Positions 32,303 through 44,469 of a stretch of DNA of 64,000 bases are shown here, in pieces; the first letter of the stretch is position 1; each line of letters starts with the position of its first letter. The stretch comes from Spirochaetota bacterium (lineage in GTDB: Bacteria; Spirochaetota; UBA4802; UBA5550), in contig OY760686.1 of the NCBI GenBank assembly GCA_963663865.1, positions 2,240,001 to 2,304,000 on the forward strand. Direction: 5' to 3'. Position numbers and translations under genes: made by a program. The notes under the pieces are model-generated. The model was not told where the DNA came from, ran no database searches, and saw only the letters and a list, made by a program, of their open reading frames with translations.

Positions 32303-33400
32303 ATGAATCCAAAAGTTAACCTTTTATTGCTTTTATTTACTGCAGTATTATTAAATGCAACTTCGGCATTCGCAATTGACAGAACAACACCTCCGGGCGT
32401 TGAGCCACAATATTCAGATTCCCCTGTAAAAATCTCCGGTTTTATGTGGATTGATACCAGTTATCAGCAAAAGAACAATGAAACTGAAGATAATGAGACA
32501 TTACAGACAATGGAAGGCAGGTTTAACTTACATGCTTCTGTGGAGCAAAAGATAGGCGAATATATAATTTCTGCACACGCTGAGTTTCTTGCCCATGTTG
32601 ATGAATCAGACTCCTACAAAGTAGACACTGATGATGTCTATATGAAATTCGGTACAAAATTCTGGGATCTCCAGTTGGGACGTTTTCTTCCATGGAAAAT
32701 ATATGAAAAAGGTCAGGGCCTTGAACTGTACACCGCTGAAGACGAAGGTGCCGCAAAGGGAGCTAACATATATGAAGTTGATTACGCCTGGGGACGTTTT
32801 AATGAAGTCGGTCAGTTTGCTTTTCACCTCTTCCCTTTAAACAAACTCGGCCTGGAACTTTCAGGTCTTTACGGCCAGGAGAGAAATGAAAACTATCTGG
32901 GGGCACGTCTTGCTTTGGATTATTCCATTTCAAATTTTCAGATTATCGCTGGTGGCGAATATGTAAATATCGAACCAGACAGTGAAGTATCCCAAAAGAC
33001 CGCGGATAAATTCGGTTTTGGGGGAAGGATACAATACAACAGCAGAATATTCACAATGGGTATCAATTATGCTCGCGGAGATGTTGATTCAACGACAACT
33101 CTTGGCAAACCTGACACCGGGGCCAGCGTTGTAGTACAGAGTGTTGGCGGTTTTATTGATATTGATTTCTGGAAAAACTCTATTGGACTGGGTTTCAATC
33201 ACACCAGCATTGAATCTGACAATAAAGACAAACTCAAACATATTCAACCATATATATCTTACCTGTACAGACTTCCTGCACCAAACGCAAGCATCAAGGT
33301 AGTCGCTGCCTATGCAAAAGCTGATAATGATTACCGAACAGATGTAGATTGCAAAAACGATATGTACAGCATCCGCGTACGAACACGATATAACTTTTAA
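32303..33400 (+). CDS. Putative outer-membrane beta-barrel / porin
   Basis: Signal peptide, alternating beta-strand pattern, C-terminal Phe (RYNF). Confidence 0.6.
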   Translation: MNPKVNLLLLLFTAVLLNATSAFAIDRTTPPGVEPQYSDSPVKISGFMWIDTSYQQKNNETEDNETLQTMEGRFNLHASVEQKIGEYIISAHAEFLAHVDESDSYKVDTDDVYMKFGTKFWDLQLGRFLPWKIYEKGQGLELYTAEDEGAAKGANIYEVDYAWGRFNEVGQFAFHLFPLNKLGLELSGLYGQERNENYLGARLALDYSISNFQIIAGGEYVNIEPDSEVSQKTADKFGFGGRIQYNSRIFTMGINYARGDVDSTTTLGKPDTGASVVVQSVGGFIDIDFWKNSIGLGFNHTSIESDNKDKLKHIQPYISYLYRLPAPNASIKVVAAYAKADNDYRTDVDCKNDMYSIRVRTRYNF

Positions 33401-33552
33401 GGATATTTACACGGGTATATCAATGTAAGTTTGGAAACACTTATTAATACAAGCAGCCGTACTTATTTAAAATAAGTAACCGTATAAAAACAAAACGTTT
33501 TTTTACGGTGCTCCACGGAGCAAATAATTTAATTTTTCGGAGGTCATTTTCA

Positions 33553-35766
33553 ATGAAAGAGAAGTTTATTAAACTCTTTTCAGTAATGGCTCTATTTTGT
33601 CTTGCTATTACAGTCACGGTATCATGCGGGAGTGATGATAGTAAAACAAAATATGTTCAGCCTGAACTGGGGGCCCGTCACAAGGCAATAATTACAAGTG
33701 ATGACTACCAGTTTATTGATCTTAACTCCAATGGCACTGTTGATCCCTATGAAGACTGGAGATTACAACCAGAAGAGAGAGCAGCAAATCTTATTTCTCT
33801 TATGAGTATTGAGCAAAAAGCCGGACTTATGGTAACAGCATCATCTCCAAGTATGGATGATGATGGCAATGTGTCTGTTAGAGACAAGGATGGTGATGGC
33901 GATTCTGATGCTGATGATGTTGATTACTGGATTAATACGTTACACATTCGTATGTCTAACAATCGTGAAAGCAGTAGAATGCCCTCTGTAAAAGCCACCT
34001 GGGCGAACAATGTTCAGGAACTTACTGAAAAATCAAGTCTGGGTATCCCTTACTGGTTTTCTGCAAACGGACTATCAATCGGTTTGAGCGGAACCCGTGC
34101 CGGTCATACTCCGATGCCATATGGACCAGGTGTCGCAGCTTCAGTGAAAAACGGTTCTGACACAGAAGGTCTTGAGCTTATAAGGAAATGGGGGGAAATA
34201 GCAGCAAAAGAATACCGCGCAGTTGGTCTGCATATGCCTCTGTGGCCCCAGCTTGACCTTGCCACCGAACCACGTTGGTACAGAATTTATGAAATCTTAG
34301 GTGAAGACAGTGATAAAGCTGTAGCGATTGTACAGTCCCTTGTAAGCGGAATTCTTCCTGACGGTGAAATCACAAGTGACACTATTACTCCTTGCGTTAA
34401 ACACTGGCCGGGAAGCGGTACAGTTCGTCAGGGTAAAGACAGTCATAATGAATGGGGCAGATGGAGTATTTATCCGGGAAATAATTTCGATTATCACCAA
34501 AGAGTATTTAAGGCCGCCTTCGATGCCGGTGTAAAATCTCTTATGCCCTGCTACAGTATTTATGCAGGCCCCATTGATGTTGATGGTGATGGAACTGTTG
34601 ATGAAACATACGATTGGACTTTTGAAAATCTTTACAGTACATCCATGGAACCAGTAGGAACAGGTTTTAGTTCTGAACTCCTAACAGGTCTTTTACGGGA
34701 CGTCCAGGGCTTTGATGGTGTAACCTACTCTGACACCGGCATTCTTGGTGACAGACCTTGGGGTTGTGAAGACCTGGACGTGATTACTCAAATAGGAAAA
34801 TCAGTCATGGCTGGCATGGACATCAGCGCATACGACAACCCCACCGATATTGTAACTGCATATAATGAAGGGAAAATTACAGAAGAGCGTATGAACGAAG
34901 CCTGTATGAGAGTCATTGTATTACAGATGAAACTTGGTCTTTATGAAAACAGGTACGTTGACCCATCAGTCGCCGATACAATTTGTGCTTCAAATGAAAG
35001 TATGCAGATCAGTCAAGAGATAATGAAACGTTCTGTTGTTGTACTTAAAAACAAAGACGACTTTCTCCCAATTCAGGAACGAATTGCCTATACTGATAAT
35101 GTTGGGAAAAAAGTGTACGCGCCTGATTTTGAAGAAAATGTTCTTTCTCCATATGTTTTCGATAAAGAACCTCTGGCAACCATAGACGGTGCTGAAGTAG
35201 TTATTCTCAAGATTGATGGTCCTACTACACCAGATCCTCAATTTACTGGTTTTGGAACCTATTCACCAAGACTGGATTATGATGACGGAGACTGGACCGA
35301 GTCTGTAGATGGCAATAACAATGGCGTACTTGAAGATTTTGTTCTTATTACTGATGAAGTATGCTCTGGATGGGGTGGATGTACAACATACACACGTTCT
35401 GAAGTTGAGTGGGAAGCCTCTGATGGAGATACTCTTGAAGAACTACTAAAAATCCAGACTACTATTGACGAAATGACAACTAAAGCGGCTGACGGTGCAA
35501 GACTGATTGTTGTTGTAAATATGGACCGTCCAGCAATACTTACACAGTTTATTGATGCTGTAGATTCCGTTATAGTAGATTTTGATGTAACGGATGAAGC
35601 ACTGTTAAAAGTTATTTTCAACCAGACAAAACCTGTTGGAACACTTCCTTTTGAACTGCCATCAACACAGGCTGCAGTTGAAAATCAGCTGGAAGACATG
35701 CCTTATGACAGTGCAGCCCCACTGTTTGAATATGGCTTTGGTTTAACATGGGAGTTGAGAAAGTAA
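33553..35766 (+). CDS. GH3 glycoside hydrolase lipoprotein
   Basis: DLATEPRWYR, KHWPG and PVGTLPFELP motifs; VSC lipobox-like sequence. Confidence 0.88.
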   Translation: MKEKFIKLFSVMALFCLAITVTVSCGSDDSKTKYVQPELGARHKAIITSDDYQFIDLNSNGTVDPYEDWRLQPEERAANLISLMSIEQKAGLMVTASSPSMDDDGNVSVRDKDGDGDSDADDVDYWINTLHIRMSNNRESSRMPSVKATWANNVQELTEKSSLGIPYWFSANGLSIGLSGTRAGHTPMPYGPGVAASVKNGSDTEGLELIRKWGEIAAKEYRAVGLHMPLWPQLDLATEPRWYRIYEILGEDSDKAVAIVQSLVSGILPDGEITSDTITPCVKHWPGSGTVRQGKDSHNEWGRWSIYPGNNFDYHQRVFKAAFDAGVKSLMPCYSIYAGPIDVDGDGTVDETYDWTFENLYSTSMEPVGTGFSSELLTGLLRDVQGFDGVTYSDTGILGDRPWGCEDLDVITQIGKSVMAGMDISAYDNPTDIVTAYNEGKITEERMNEACMRVIVLQMKLGLYENRYVDPSVADTICASNESMQISQEIMKRSVVVLKNKDDFLPIQERIAYTDNVGKKVYAPDFEENVLSPYVFDKEPLATIDGAEVVILKIDGPTTPDPQFTGFGTYSPRLDYDDGDWTESVDGNNNGVLEDFVLITDEVCSGWGGCTTYTRSEVEWEASDGDTLEELLKIQTTIDEMTTKAADGARLIVVVNMDRPAILTQFIDAVDSVIVDFDVTDEALLKVIFNQTKPVGTLPFELPSTQAAVENQLEDMPYDSAAPLFEYGFGLTWELRK

Positions 35767-35838
35767 CCTTTCTAAATTAAGTCATGGTTTTATTAGTTTA
35801 TTTTCTATAACATTTTCTAAATGCTATGATTTAATTCC

Positions 35839-35874
35839 AAATAAGGGACTTCATTTATATGTAGTCCCTTATTT
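35839..35874 (+). terminator. Intrinsic terminator
   Basis: AAATAAGGGACT...AGTCCCTTATTT hairpin. Confidence 0.6.
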
Positions 35875-35899
35875 ATTTACGAATTGGAATCAATATTAA

Positions 35900-35954
35900 T
35901 GTCAACACCGATTAGATTTTGCCACTTTTAACCGATTTTAACTTGCCGGTTTTG
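35900..35954 (+). mobile_element. IS21-like terminal repeat (left)
   Basis: TGTCAACACCGATTAGATTTTGCCACTTTTAACCGATTTTAACTTGCCGGTTTTG: TG start with internal tandem CCGAT..TGCC units. Confidence 0.65.
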
Positions 35955-36266
35955 TGCAAAATAAATCAGTCAAAGCTTACAGATCCAGCTTTTAAGCTGT
36001 CCTTCATCCAGTATCTCCGGGTGCTCATACTCTTTCTAAATATAAAATTTATCTCTTCGTTGATACAATCGAAACACCTTCGGAATCCTCATAGTCAGGC
36101 AGATCATACATCTCAGCAACACAAGCCACTCCAAAATCTCTTCATGAAATTCCTGAACAAACCATTTTCCCCAGTTATGCATTTAATTGCTTCCTAACAT
36201 CTCTTCTAACTTTAACGATCTCATCCTGTAAATTATTTGATTAGAACTTAACAAACAGTAGCCTTC

Positions 36267-38564
36267 CTAATTCTCAATCCTGTCGACCGGTCTCCCAATC
36301 AGCCAGCCCTGCGCATAATCAACATCAAGAAGATTCACTTCATGTTGAAGTTGTTCGGAATCTATATACTCAGCTATAGTTTTAATTTTCGAGTATTTTG
36401 CAAAATTAACTATGGACTTCAACAGTTCTTTCGCCCGCACATCCTGCAGAATATTTTGAGTTATTGTCCTGTCAATTTTGATAAATGCCGGATTTAATTT
36501 CAGCAAATAATCAAAGTTTGAATAACCTGATCCGAAATCATCTATTGCGATTCTAAGTCCAGTTGAAGACAGTGTTGAAAGGACTCTCGTAATTTTCTCG
36601 TAATCTTCAAGCTCTTCTGATTCAACTATTTCAATTATTAACCTGTTTAAAACATTTTTATTTTGAGCTTCAGAAATGAGATATGAAATAGTATCTCTAT
36701 TCATTATGTCTTCCAAAGTCAAATTAATGGAAAAATCATATTCCTTATCTTTAAAATAATTAATGGACTTCTCAATCATACGCAAAGTCATCTTGGGATA
36801 CAAATTTGTTTTCTTGCTGATTTCCAAAAATTCATTAGGCATTATAAGATTCTCATTTTCATCACGCAGACGCATAAGGCATTCATACTTCGTAACTTTA
36901 CCTGTTTTCAAATCAATTATTGGCTGGAATGCCGGATATATACGGTCATTTTTTAATGCATAATTTATTCTTCTAAAAATATCAAGATTATCGCATTCAT
37001 CATTAATAATATTATTTGAATCGGGGGAATAAATAAATATTTGCTTTCTAAATTTTTTTGCTTTCTTTAATGCAATATCAGCGTACGCAAAAGAATTGCT
37101 GCCGCTGCATGAAGCGCCAACATTTACAATAATTGGTATAGGAGAAGCACCCTCGTCAATTTGAATCATCATGTTGCTCATACAATCGACAAAGCTGTCG
37201 GCAAAATCAGCAAAATCCGTCTCTATGACACAACTTCCAAGAATTGCGTACGTATCGGCATAGACACGATATACGTTCATGCCTGTCTTTGTAGCCTGCT
37301 GTAATAATATAATACCGACTTTTTTTAGGACTTTATCGCCATTGCAGTTTCCAAATGCCTGATTAATTAAAGCGAAGTTTTTTATATCAATCAATATAAC
37401 TGAAGCGTTGTCAGTTTTTTCAATATCCTTAAGCAGCTTAATTCTGTTCCCAAGCCCGGTCAGAGAATCCGTGTTAAATGCGTTTTCCAACTCTCTGCGT
37501 TTTTCTACAATTTCAGTTATATCCTGGCACGATGATAAAAATTCAGTTATTTTATTGTTTTCATTTTTAAGAGGAGCAATAACTGTTTTTTTTATATAAC
37601 TTGAACCATCAGCTTTACGGTTCTTGATTATCCCCCGCCAGACACTCCCGGCAACAATTGTTGTCCACAATGATTTGAATGTTTCGAGCGGTGTATCAGG
37701 ATGTCTTTCAATATTATGCTTCTTCCCTATTACCGTTTCACGTTTAAACCCGGTAGTCTCACAGTACTTATCGTTAACATAAGTTATTATACCATTCACA
37801 TCAGTTCTTGAAACCATAGAGCTTTCATCAAGAATTTCCTTGTATTGCCTGAGGTTTAAAATTTGAATAATATAATAATTTTCAATATATTTTATTTTTT
37901 TATTGAATATATAAATAATTACAAACGATATTATACCAATTATCAGTATTATTACTATCAGATTTTTTTTATATTTATTGAAGAGTCTGTTGGTTATCAC
38001 TGAATAATAGCTGAATTTTTGTTCCAAATCAGAATTATAATAACCTGATATGATAATCCAGGAAAATTCCGGAAGCTTCAAAGCGTAAGAGGTTTTACAA
38101 TCCACATTCCCTGTTTTAGAATTTTCGCACAAATATTCAAAAAAGCCTGCATCTGAATCTTTAATCCGCTTCATAATAATATCTGATTCCATTGTCCCAT
38201 CAGGAAAATTTGCCGGAAGTGGACTATAAATTACATTTTTTTTATAATCTATAATACAGGTAGATGTTAGATAATCAGAATCGCCCAGCGCGCGTTGAAG
38301 CTGCCTTAATAAAATACCATTTATTATATTTTTATCTATATTAAGATCCTCAAGTGAAACATTCAGGCAGAGAATATCATTCCTGACCACCTCGGCAGTC
38401 TGCTTGATAATTTCATTTTGTACCTCCTGGTAATAGTTTTTATAAATTATATTCTGTTTTACAACCAGATCAGGAAGAATATATTCGATTATAAGAATTG
38501 CTGTTATAAAAAATATAAATAATATAGCTGTATCTTTTAAAATCGTAAAGAATGAAAGCTTCAT
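36267..38564 (-). CDS. Membrane PAS, degenerate GGDEF and EAL c-di-GMP phosphodiesterase
   Basis: PAS (WRGIIKNRKADG), YADTY in place of GGDEF, ECLMR and DDFGSGYSN. Confidence 0.9.
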   Translation of the reverse strand: MKLSFFTILKDTAILFIFFITAILIIEYILPDLVVKQNIIYKNYYQEVQNEIIKQTAEVVRNDILCLNVSLEDLNIDKNIINGILLRQLQRALGDSDYLTSTCIIDYKKNVIYSPLPANFPDGTMESDIIMKRIKDSDAGFFEYLCENSKTGNVDCKTSYALKLPEFSWIIISGYYNSDLEQKFSYYSVITNRLFNKYKKNLIVIILIIGIISFVIIYIFNKKIKYIENYYIIQILNLRQYKEILDESSMVSRTDVNGIITYVNDKYCETTGFKRETVIGKKHNIERHPDTPLETFKSLWTTIVAGSVWRGIIKNRKADGSSYIKKTVIAPLKNENNKITEFLSSCQDITEIVEKRRELENAFNTDSLTGLGNRIKLLKDIEKTDNASVILIDIKNFALINQAFGNCNGDKVLKKVGIILLQQATKTGMNVYRVYADTYAILGSCVIETDFADFADSFVDCMSNMMIQIDEGASPIPIIVNVGASCSGSNSFAYADIALKKAKKFRKQIFIYSPDSNNIINDECDNLDIFRRINYALKNDRIYPAFQPIIDLKTGKVTKYECLMRLRDENENLIMPNEFLEISKKTNLYPKMTLRMIEKSINYFKDKEYDFSINLTLEDIMNRDTISYLISEAQNKNVLNRLIIEIVESEELEDYEKITRVLSTLSSTGLRIAIDDFGSGYSNFDYLLKLNPAFIKIDRTITQNILQDVRAKELLKSIVNFAKYSKIKTIAEYIDSEQLQHEVNLLDVDYAQGWLIGRPVDRIEN

Positions 38565-39389
38565 CGGTCAAATTCCTTCTAGCACTGGATACATGCAATT
38601 AACAGTTTACTGTTCACACCTGTTATTTACACTATTCATTTTATTTCAAAAAGTATGCCAATCCAACGCTGCAACAATTACAAACATCCTGTGCAGCATT
38701 CTTCCACAGGAGAGGCTTTTAAAATTTTTTCACCACCTTATCCACGTATCACATAATTGGGCAATTGCCCATGATGTAGAATTCGGTATTCGTATATATA
38801 ATCTTTAATTAATATTATCTTCTCATTGATTAATTAATTTTTATTAATCATATCAAGTATATATGTATTTTTTAATATTAATTATTATTCAATTGATTAA
38901 TTATTATTTATTAATTACTTTATTATTTATTGACTATATAATTTGAATACATTTCAGCGTTTAATAAACCGATAGAAGTTAGAGCAAGAGGGGGGGGATG
39001 AAATGTATCCATCGCCAAAGCGACTTAGCAGATAATCTCTGTATAAAAAGTTTTCGGTCTCATAAAGGTTGCAATTAGAAATTTATATAAATATACGCTG
39101 ATTGAATTCTCGATATCAACAATGATACTGGACACTTGATGTGATTATTGTTACTATGAAGATGAATAAGCAATCCTAATTTAAATGCCTTGAATGCAAT
39201 ATGTCAATAACTCTGGCTGGTGATGAGGATGAGACTGTGTTCTATAGAGTGTTGGTTGTAGACTTGGTGATGCGCTGTCATTCGGCTAAGCATGCTGAGA
39301 GGCTCATAGGTATTGGCGTTAGTAACACCCTCGAAAATATGACCTTGTCATAACATATATTTTACTATTATAAATGGGTGTATTGATAA

Positions 39390-41102
39390 ATGAATAAAGC
39401 TTATAATTTCTCAATTGTGCTGTCTGGAGAGGCTGGTCAGGGCATACAAATGCTTGAGCATTTAATTGTTCAAATATTTAAAAAAAACGGTGCTCATGTA
39501 TATTCATACAGTGAGTTTATGTCCAGAATACGTGGTGGGAATAACTCAACTGAAATACGGATTTCCTCAAATAAAGTTGGAGCATTTGTTGAAAAAATAG
39601 ATCTTTTTATTCCATTTAATTCAAATGCCATGGATCGGTTCAGTGATAGAATTGATGACAATACAATAATTATAGGCGACAGCTCATTTATTAATCAAAA
39701 ATACAAAAACGGTTCTTACACAGTTGTTGAAATACCTGTATTGGAGATGATGAAAGAGATCGGCAGCACAAAATCATTAAACATTATAGTTTTCGGACTT
39801 TTGTCAAAACTATTTAGGTTCAATGAAATAATAGTCAAAGAACTACTTGTTTCAGCTTTTCAGAATTATAAACCTGCTGTATTGGATATAAATGTTACTG
39901 CTGTGACTTTTGGAATTAGAGCGGCTGAAGATATAATAAATGCAAAGAAAATTAATTTACCTTCTATAGAAATGTCAGATGCAAATAATGATATTTTAAT
40001 GGATGGTTCTGAATCGATTACACTTGGTGGAATCGCAGGAGGCTGCAATTTTATTTCTTCATACCCTATGTCGCCTGGAACAGGGGTCCTTGTTAATTTT
40101 GCGAAATACTCCAAGGATTTTAGAATAATTGTTGAACAGGCAGAGGATGAAATCTGTGCCATAAATATGGCAATTGCATCATGGTACGCAGGAGGGAGGG
40201 CTATGGTTACCACTTCTGGTGGAGGATTTGCTCTGATGGCTGAAGGCTTGAGTTTAGCTGGTGCAACAGAGTCCCCAGTAGTCATTCATGTGGGCCAACG
40301 TCCAGGACCTGCAACCGGATTACCAACAAAAACTGAACAGGGGGATCTTCTTTTTTCTCTATTTGCCGGTCATGGTGAATTTCCCAGAGTTATTTTTGCA
40401 CCAGGAGATATTTCTCAGGGTTTTTCAATAACCCAAAGAGCATTTTACATTGCCGATAAATACCAGGTCCCCGCAATCATACTTTCAGATCAATTTTTTC
40501 TTGATTCCGTACAGACAGCACCAGATTTTAACTTTTATGATGATTTTGCACATAATCATATAGTTGAATCTGATGAAAGCTATAAAAGATACAAAATTAC
40601 AGACAAGGTAATTTCTCCCCGTGCTATTCCAGGAAATGGTAAAGGAATTGTATGTGTTGATAGTGATGAACATGATGAAGGTGGATATATTTCAGAGAAT
40701 GATATTGTAAGAGTGGATCAGTCAAATAAAAGAATGTCAAAGCACGATCTTCTTATTGATGAAGCTTTGGCTCCGGAATTATACGGTCCTGACGATTACA
40801 AGCATTTACTTGTTTCATGGGGATCTAATCTTCATTGCATTCGAGAAGCAATTAATTTATCTGATAGAAATGATGTTGCCCATTTGCATTTTTCACAGAT
40901 ATACCCACTTCATAGAGAAACAATTAATTTTCTGAATAAATCAGAGACGTCTGTGATTATAGAAAATAATTATACTTCACAATTTAGTATGTTAATTCAA
41001 ATTCAAACTGGATATACTTTTGACCATAAACAATTAAAATATAATGGCATGCCTTTCAGTGTTGAAGAAATATCTAAAGTTATTAAAAGTTTGCCAGGGT
41101 GA
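39390..41102 (+). CDS. 2-oxoacid:ferredoxin oxidoreductase alpha (gamma-alpha fusion)
   Basis: GEAGQG, YPMSP, QAEDEI and [10 protein letters not shown] motifs. Confidence 0.92.
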   Translation: MNKAYNFSIVLSGEAGQGIQMLEHLIVQIFKKNGAHVYSYSEFMSRIRGGNNSTEIRISSNKVGAFVEKIDLFIPFNSNAMDRFSDRIDDNTIIIGDSSFINQKYKNGSYTVVEIPVLEMMKEIGSTKSLNIIVFGLLSKLFRFNEIIVKELLVSAFQNYKPAVLDINVTAVTFGIRAAEDIINAKKINLPSIEMSDANNDILMDGSESITLGGIAGGCNFISSYPMSPGTGVLVNFAKYSKDFRIIVEQAEDEICAINMAIASWYAGGRAMVTTSGGGFALMAEGLSLAGATESPVVIHVGQRPGPATGLPTKTEQGDLLFSLFAGHGEFPRVIFAPGDISQGFSITQRAFYIADKYQVPAIILSDQFFLDSVQTAPDFNFYDDFAHNHIVESDESYKRYKITDKVISPRAIPGNGKGIVCVDSDEHDEGGYISENDIVRVDQSNKRMSKHDLLIDEALAPELYGPDDYKHLLVSWGSNLHCIREAINLSDRNDVAHLHFSQIYPLHRETINFLNKSETSVIIENNYTSQFSMLIQIQTGYTFDHKQLKYNGMPFSVEEISKVIKSLPG

Positions 41103-41971
41103 GTGATATGAATACAGAATTCGATTTCAATAAAAAGCCTGATGTAGCCTGGTGCCCGGGTTGTGGTAATTTTAGTATATTAACATCACTGAAGAATGCA
41201 CTGGTAAAATCAAAATTTGAAAGAGAAAAAGTAGTAATAGTATCTGGAATTGGTCAAGCAGCTAAAACGCCGCAATATGTTAACGCCAGCTTTTTTAACG
41301 GACTCCATGGAAGGTCTCTTCCTGCAGCAACTGCTATTAAGGCAACAAATCCAGAATTAATTGTAATTGCAGAGAGCGGAGATGGCTGTACTTATGGGGA
41401 AGGCGGTAATCATTTTCTTGCTACAATCCGGCGAAATCCCGATATTACAAATATTGTTCATGATAATATGGTCTATGGCTTAACAAAGGGACAGGCCTCT
41501 CCTACCAGCAGTAAAGGCTTTAAAACACCTGTCCAGGTTTCCGGAGTTATCATGGAGCCTTTCAATCCAGTGGCCGTTGCAATCACAATGAACGCCTCAT
41601 TTGTAGCTCGTGCCTTTTCTGGTGATATTGAACAGACTACAGAAATTATCATGAAAGCGATGGCTCATAAGGGTTATGCCCTTGTAGATATATTTCAGCC
41701 ATGTGTTTCTTTTAATAAAATAAATAATTATCAGTGGTATCGTGATCATACATATTATCTGAATGATGAATATGATCCAACTGATAAAGATCAGGCTCTT
41801 GCAAAGGCCTTTGAAACTGACAAGTACCCATTGGGTATTATATATAAAGAAAATAATAATCCCACATTTGAAGAAAACATTCAAGTTTATAAAGAGAATA
41901 AAGCCCCACTTTTCATGACATCTTTAGAAAAGGAGAAGTTAGAACGCATAATTGAATCAAAAAGGGCTTAA
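41099..41971 (+). CDS. 2-oxoacid:ferredoxin oxidoreductase beta
   Basis: WCPGCG, GDG and [14 protein letters not shown]-binding motifs. Confidence 0.92.
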   Translation: MSDMNTEFDFNKKPDVAWCPGCGNFSILTSLKNALVKSKFEREKVVIVSGIGQAAKTPQYVNASFFNGLHGRSLPAATAIKATNPELIVIAESGDGCTYGEGGNHFLATIRRNPDITNIVHDNMVYGLTKGQASPTSSKGFKTPVQVSGVIMEPFNPVAVAITMNASFVARAFSGDIEQTTEIIMKAMAHKGYALVDIFQPCVSFNKINNYQWYRDHTYYLNDEYDPTDKDQALAKAFETDKYPLGIIYKENNNPTFEENIQVYKENKAPLFMTSLEKEKLERIIESKRA

Positions 41972-42142
41972 TCGTTAATTTAGTTTTAAAACCGCCCGCA
42001 TACAAATACTCGGGCAACTGGAAGAACGGCATCTGGTTATCGAAGACACTGAATGGACATTTGACAAAGACGGGAATCTCTAAGCACGAAAACAGGCTAG
42101 TGGAAAGTCACTGACTTACATAAAGCCGGTAACTAAGGTTAA

Positions 42143-43117
42143 TTATGGCCTCAGCGCCGCGATGACCTCCCGAGCGACACGCTCACTGTAGCAGCCCGAG
42201 TTCCACCTGCCGGGGCTCCATCCCTTAAGAAATCTGTGGAAGTCCGCCCATGCAACACGGTACATACCCCTCCACTCCCCTTCAAGGGCATCCGCGTCGA
42301 TATCCCTTTTCCGCCGCGCAAGCTGATTTCTCAACTCATCAAAATAGAAGTTGAGGATATCGGCCTCCATTGCTTCGCACTCATCTTCCTGCAGACAGCT
42401 TCCGGCAAAGTATGCGAGGTCCTTCATGCCGCAGCCTCCTCCGGTGTACTGGAAATCAACCGCAGCAGCTTTCAGCCCGTCCTCCGAAAAGCAGAAGTTT
42501 TCAAGCTTCGCGTCTCCGTGCAGCACTGTTTTGAACCGGCAGCTCTGAAGCCTGCTGTCGATCGCGCGGGCCGCGTTTTTCAGCGGGCCGTCCGAAAGCG
42601 CCCTCAGCTCATCGGGCCTTGTATCGAGATGCCAATAGGTCCCGACGCTCCAGAGGCCCTCAGGCTTCCTGCCCATGAAGCAGGCGTGAAACGCAGCCAG
42701 CCATGAGATACAGGCCTTCATCTCCTTCCAGTTTACACTTCCCCGGCGCAGGGTATACCCGGCCTCGTTGAGGTCTTCAAGCACCATTATGAACTCATCG
42801 CCCTGCCAGTCCGAGGCGTAACAGGCGGGTACCCGGCACGCATCATCGCATGAGGACGCCCATTCACGGTAAAAGGCCATCTCAACCCTGTAGGATTTGA
42901 CTTTACGCTGATGTGAAAGTCCGGAACCACCGGAGGTTCTGCCCATTCCGGAAGGAAGCTGAACGTGTTTGACTATTACTGATTTTTGTTCAGAGCCGGT
43001 CAGGCCGCATCGAAAAATCCGGCCATAGCCGCCCCATAGCTCCTGGATTTCATCGATTTCAAAGAGGTCTTCTGGCCCTGTTGACTTTAGCAGAAGAGTG
43101 CGGAAGTGTTTGTTCAT
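42143..43117 (-). CDS. Choline/ecdysteroid kinase-like phosphotransferase
   Basis: HGDAKLENF and VDFQY catalytic motifs. Confidence 0.8.
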   Translation of the reverse strand: MNKHFRTLLLKSTGPEDLFEIDEIQELWGGYGRIFRCGLTGSEQKSVIVKHVQLPSGMGRTSGGSGLSHQRKVKSYRVEMAFYREWASSCDDACRVPACYASDWQGDEFIMVLEDLNEAGYTLRRGSVNWKEMKACISWLAAFHACFMGRKPEGLWSVGTYWHLDTRPDELRALSDGPLKNAARAIDSRLQSCRFKTVLHGDAKLENFCFSEDGLKAAAVDFQYTGGGCGMKDLAYFAGSCLQEDECEAMEADILNFYFDELRNQLARRKRDIDADALEGEWRGMYRVAWADFHRFLKGWSPGRWNSGCYSERVAREVIAALRP

Positions 43118-43202
43118 AAGGTTATCCTGATATTTGTTCTTACTAAAAAAATGATCCTCAAAACGAACAAGATGTGTAAAGAGAATTCTTAACTGTCACA
43201 AT

Positions 43203-44294
43203 CTACAAAGGACTCCTTATATTATTAAGTGAAGGATTTTTACAATGCGTATAGATTGACGTAGTAGAAAGGTTCTTGTGGCCTAACAGCACCTGGATAT
43301 ATCGAATATCAATACCGTTTTCAAGAAGATGTGTAGCAAAACTATGCCTAAGGCTATGGCATGAGGCCTTTTTTTTGACTCCAGACCTGTAAAGGGCCAT
43401 CCTGAAAACCTGCTGGATTGTTCGCACAGTTAATTTCTTTTTATCATCAGAATGAAAGTTTGAAACAAACAGATAATCCATGGGCCCTTTGTGTTCAATG
43501 TATTCTTGAAGCTGTGATTTAAGAGATTCAGAAAAGATAGTTAACCTGTCTTTTTTCCCTTTTCCCTGATTTATCCTGATATTCAGGTTTTCCAGATTGA
43601 TGTCACCTGCCCTTAGATTCACAACCTCGGAAACTCTAAGCCCGGCAGAATATAATAGAGAAATCATTAGCCTGTGTTTTAGATTATTAATTGATTTAAT
43701 AATCTTCAGGACCTCGTTTCTTGTTAATATCTGCGGCAATCCCTTCTCTTTCTTTATCCCATTCATGAAAGAGATATCAATATCTCTGTGCAAGACTTCA
43801 CGAAAATAGAAGAGAAGCGCAAAGCGGTAAATTCTAATCGATGACACAGACACTTTTCTTGTATCAGTCAGATAAAGAAAATATTTATACATATCTGCAG
43901 AGGTAACAGATTCAATTGAAAGATTACATTGAGAATGAAAAAATCCGGCTATCTGAACAAGAGCACCGGAATAATTCTTTAGCGTTTTTGGACTATATCG
44001 TTTCAGCTTCATAAGCTCACAGAATCTGTCATAACCAGAAATCAGATTAGTTACCTGTCGGCGGTCAGGTATACCGGACGTTTTTGTAATGCCTATATCT
44101 TCCAGCATTTTATTGAAAATATAACGGCTTACATTATGGGAATTATAGTAATCCCGAATTAGTTCGATAAACCGGGTATTTTGAGTAATACTTTTACTCA
44201 CAAAAAAGCTGTAAATTTCGCTATTACTGATATACCTGAATGATTTATTGTATTCCCTTTCCATTTCAGTCAGCAGTTTCAAATATTCGTCCAT
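43203..44294 (-). CDS. Integron-associated tyrosine recombinase lacking the IntI-specific insertion
   Basis: SAM-like YSPKTLKNY, GLRVSE, GKGKKDR, HSLRHSFATHLLE, LGH, IYTH and IntI-like C-terminal RSPL; transcribed away from the cassette array. Confidence 0.9.
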   Translation of the reverse strand: MDEYLKLLTEMEREYNKSFRYISNSEIYSFFVSKSITQNTRFIELIRDYYNSHNVSRYIFNKMLEDIGITKTSGIPDRRQVTNLISGYDRFCELMKLKRYSPKTLKNYSGALVQIAGFFHSQCNLSIESVTSADMYKYFLYLTDTRKVSVSSIRIYRFALLFYFREVLHRDIDISFMNGIKKEKGLPQILTRNEVLKIIKSINNLKHRLMISLLYSAGLRVSEVVNLRAGDINLENLNIRINQGKGKKDRLTIFSESLKSQLQEYIEHKGPMDYLFVSNFHSDDKKKLTVRTIQQVFRMALYRSGVKKKASCHSLRHSFATHLLENGIDIRYIQVLLGHKNLSTTSIYTHCKNPSLNNIRSPL

Positions 44295-44417
44295 ATCTTA
44301 TCCTCCAACTTAAGCTTAACCGAATATTTTATGCAGTTTGTCTTACTTTTTTGAATTATTTACGAATATTAATTGATTTTTATATATTTTTAAGCTGAGA
44401 ATGTTAAATGAAATTTT

Positions 44418-44443
44418 TGTGCAGACAATGATAGTTGTGCGCA
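44418..44443 (+). other. attI-like site; core GTTGTGC at 44434
   Basis: First cassette starts GTTGTGCGCA, the reverse complement of its end TGCGCACAAC (45858-45867). No attC stem upstream; 140 bp from the integrase start. Confidence 0.75.
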
Positions 44444-44469
44444 ATTTTTAAAATAATATCAGGTGTACT

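Noticed and set aside
35919-36200. 92-aa ORF and a GTTAGGA core-like sequence on the minus strand
   Set aside because: The ORF starts inside the IS21-like end, and no attC stem or matching cassette end was found.
38800-38950. Very AT-rich tract with repeated TTAAT/ATTAA
   Set aside because: No regular period, DnaA boxes or spacer structure; not a CRISPR or a supportable origin.
42000-42140. Possible c-di-GMP riboswitch-like sequence (GGAAAG...AAAGCC)
   Set aside because: Lacks the GGCAAAC/GACGCAAAGC consensus and lies between convergent genes.
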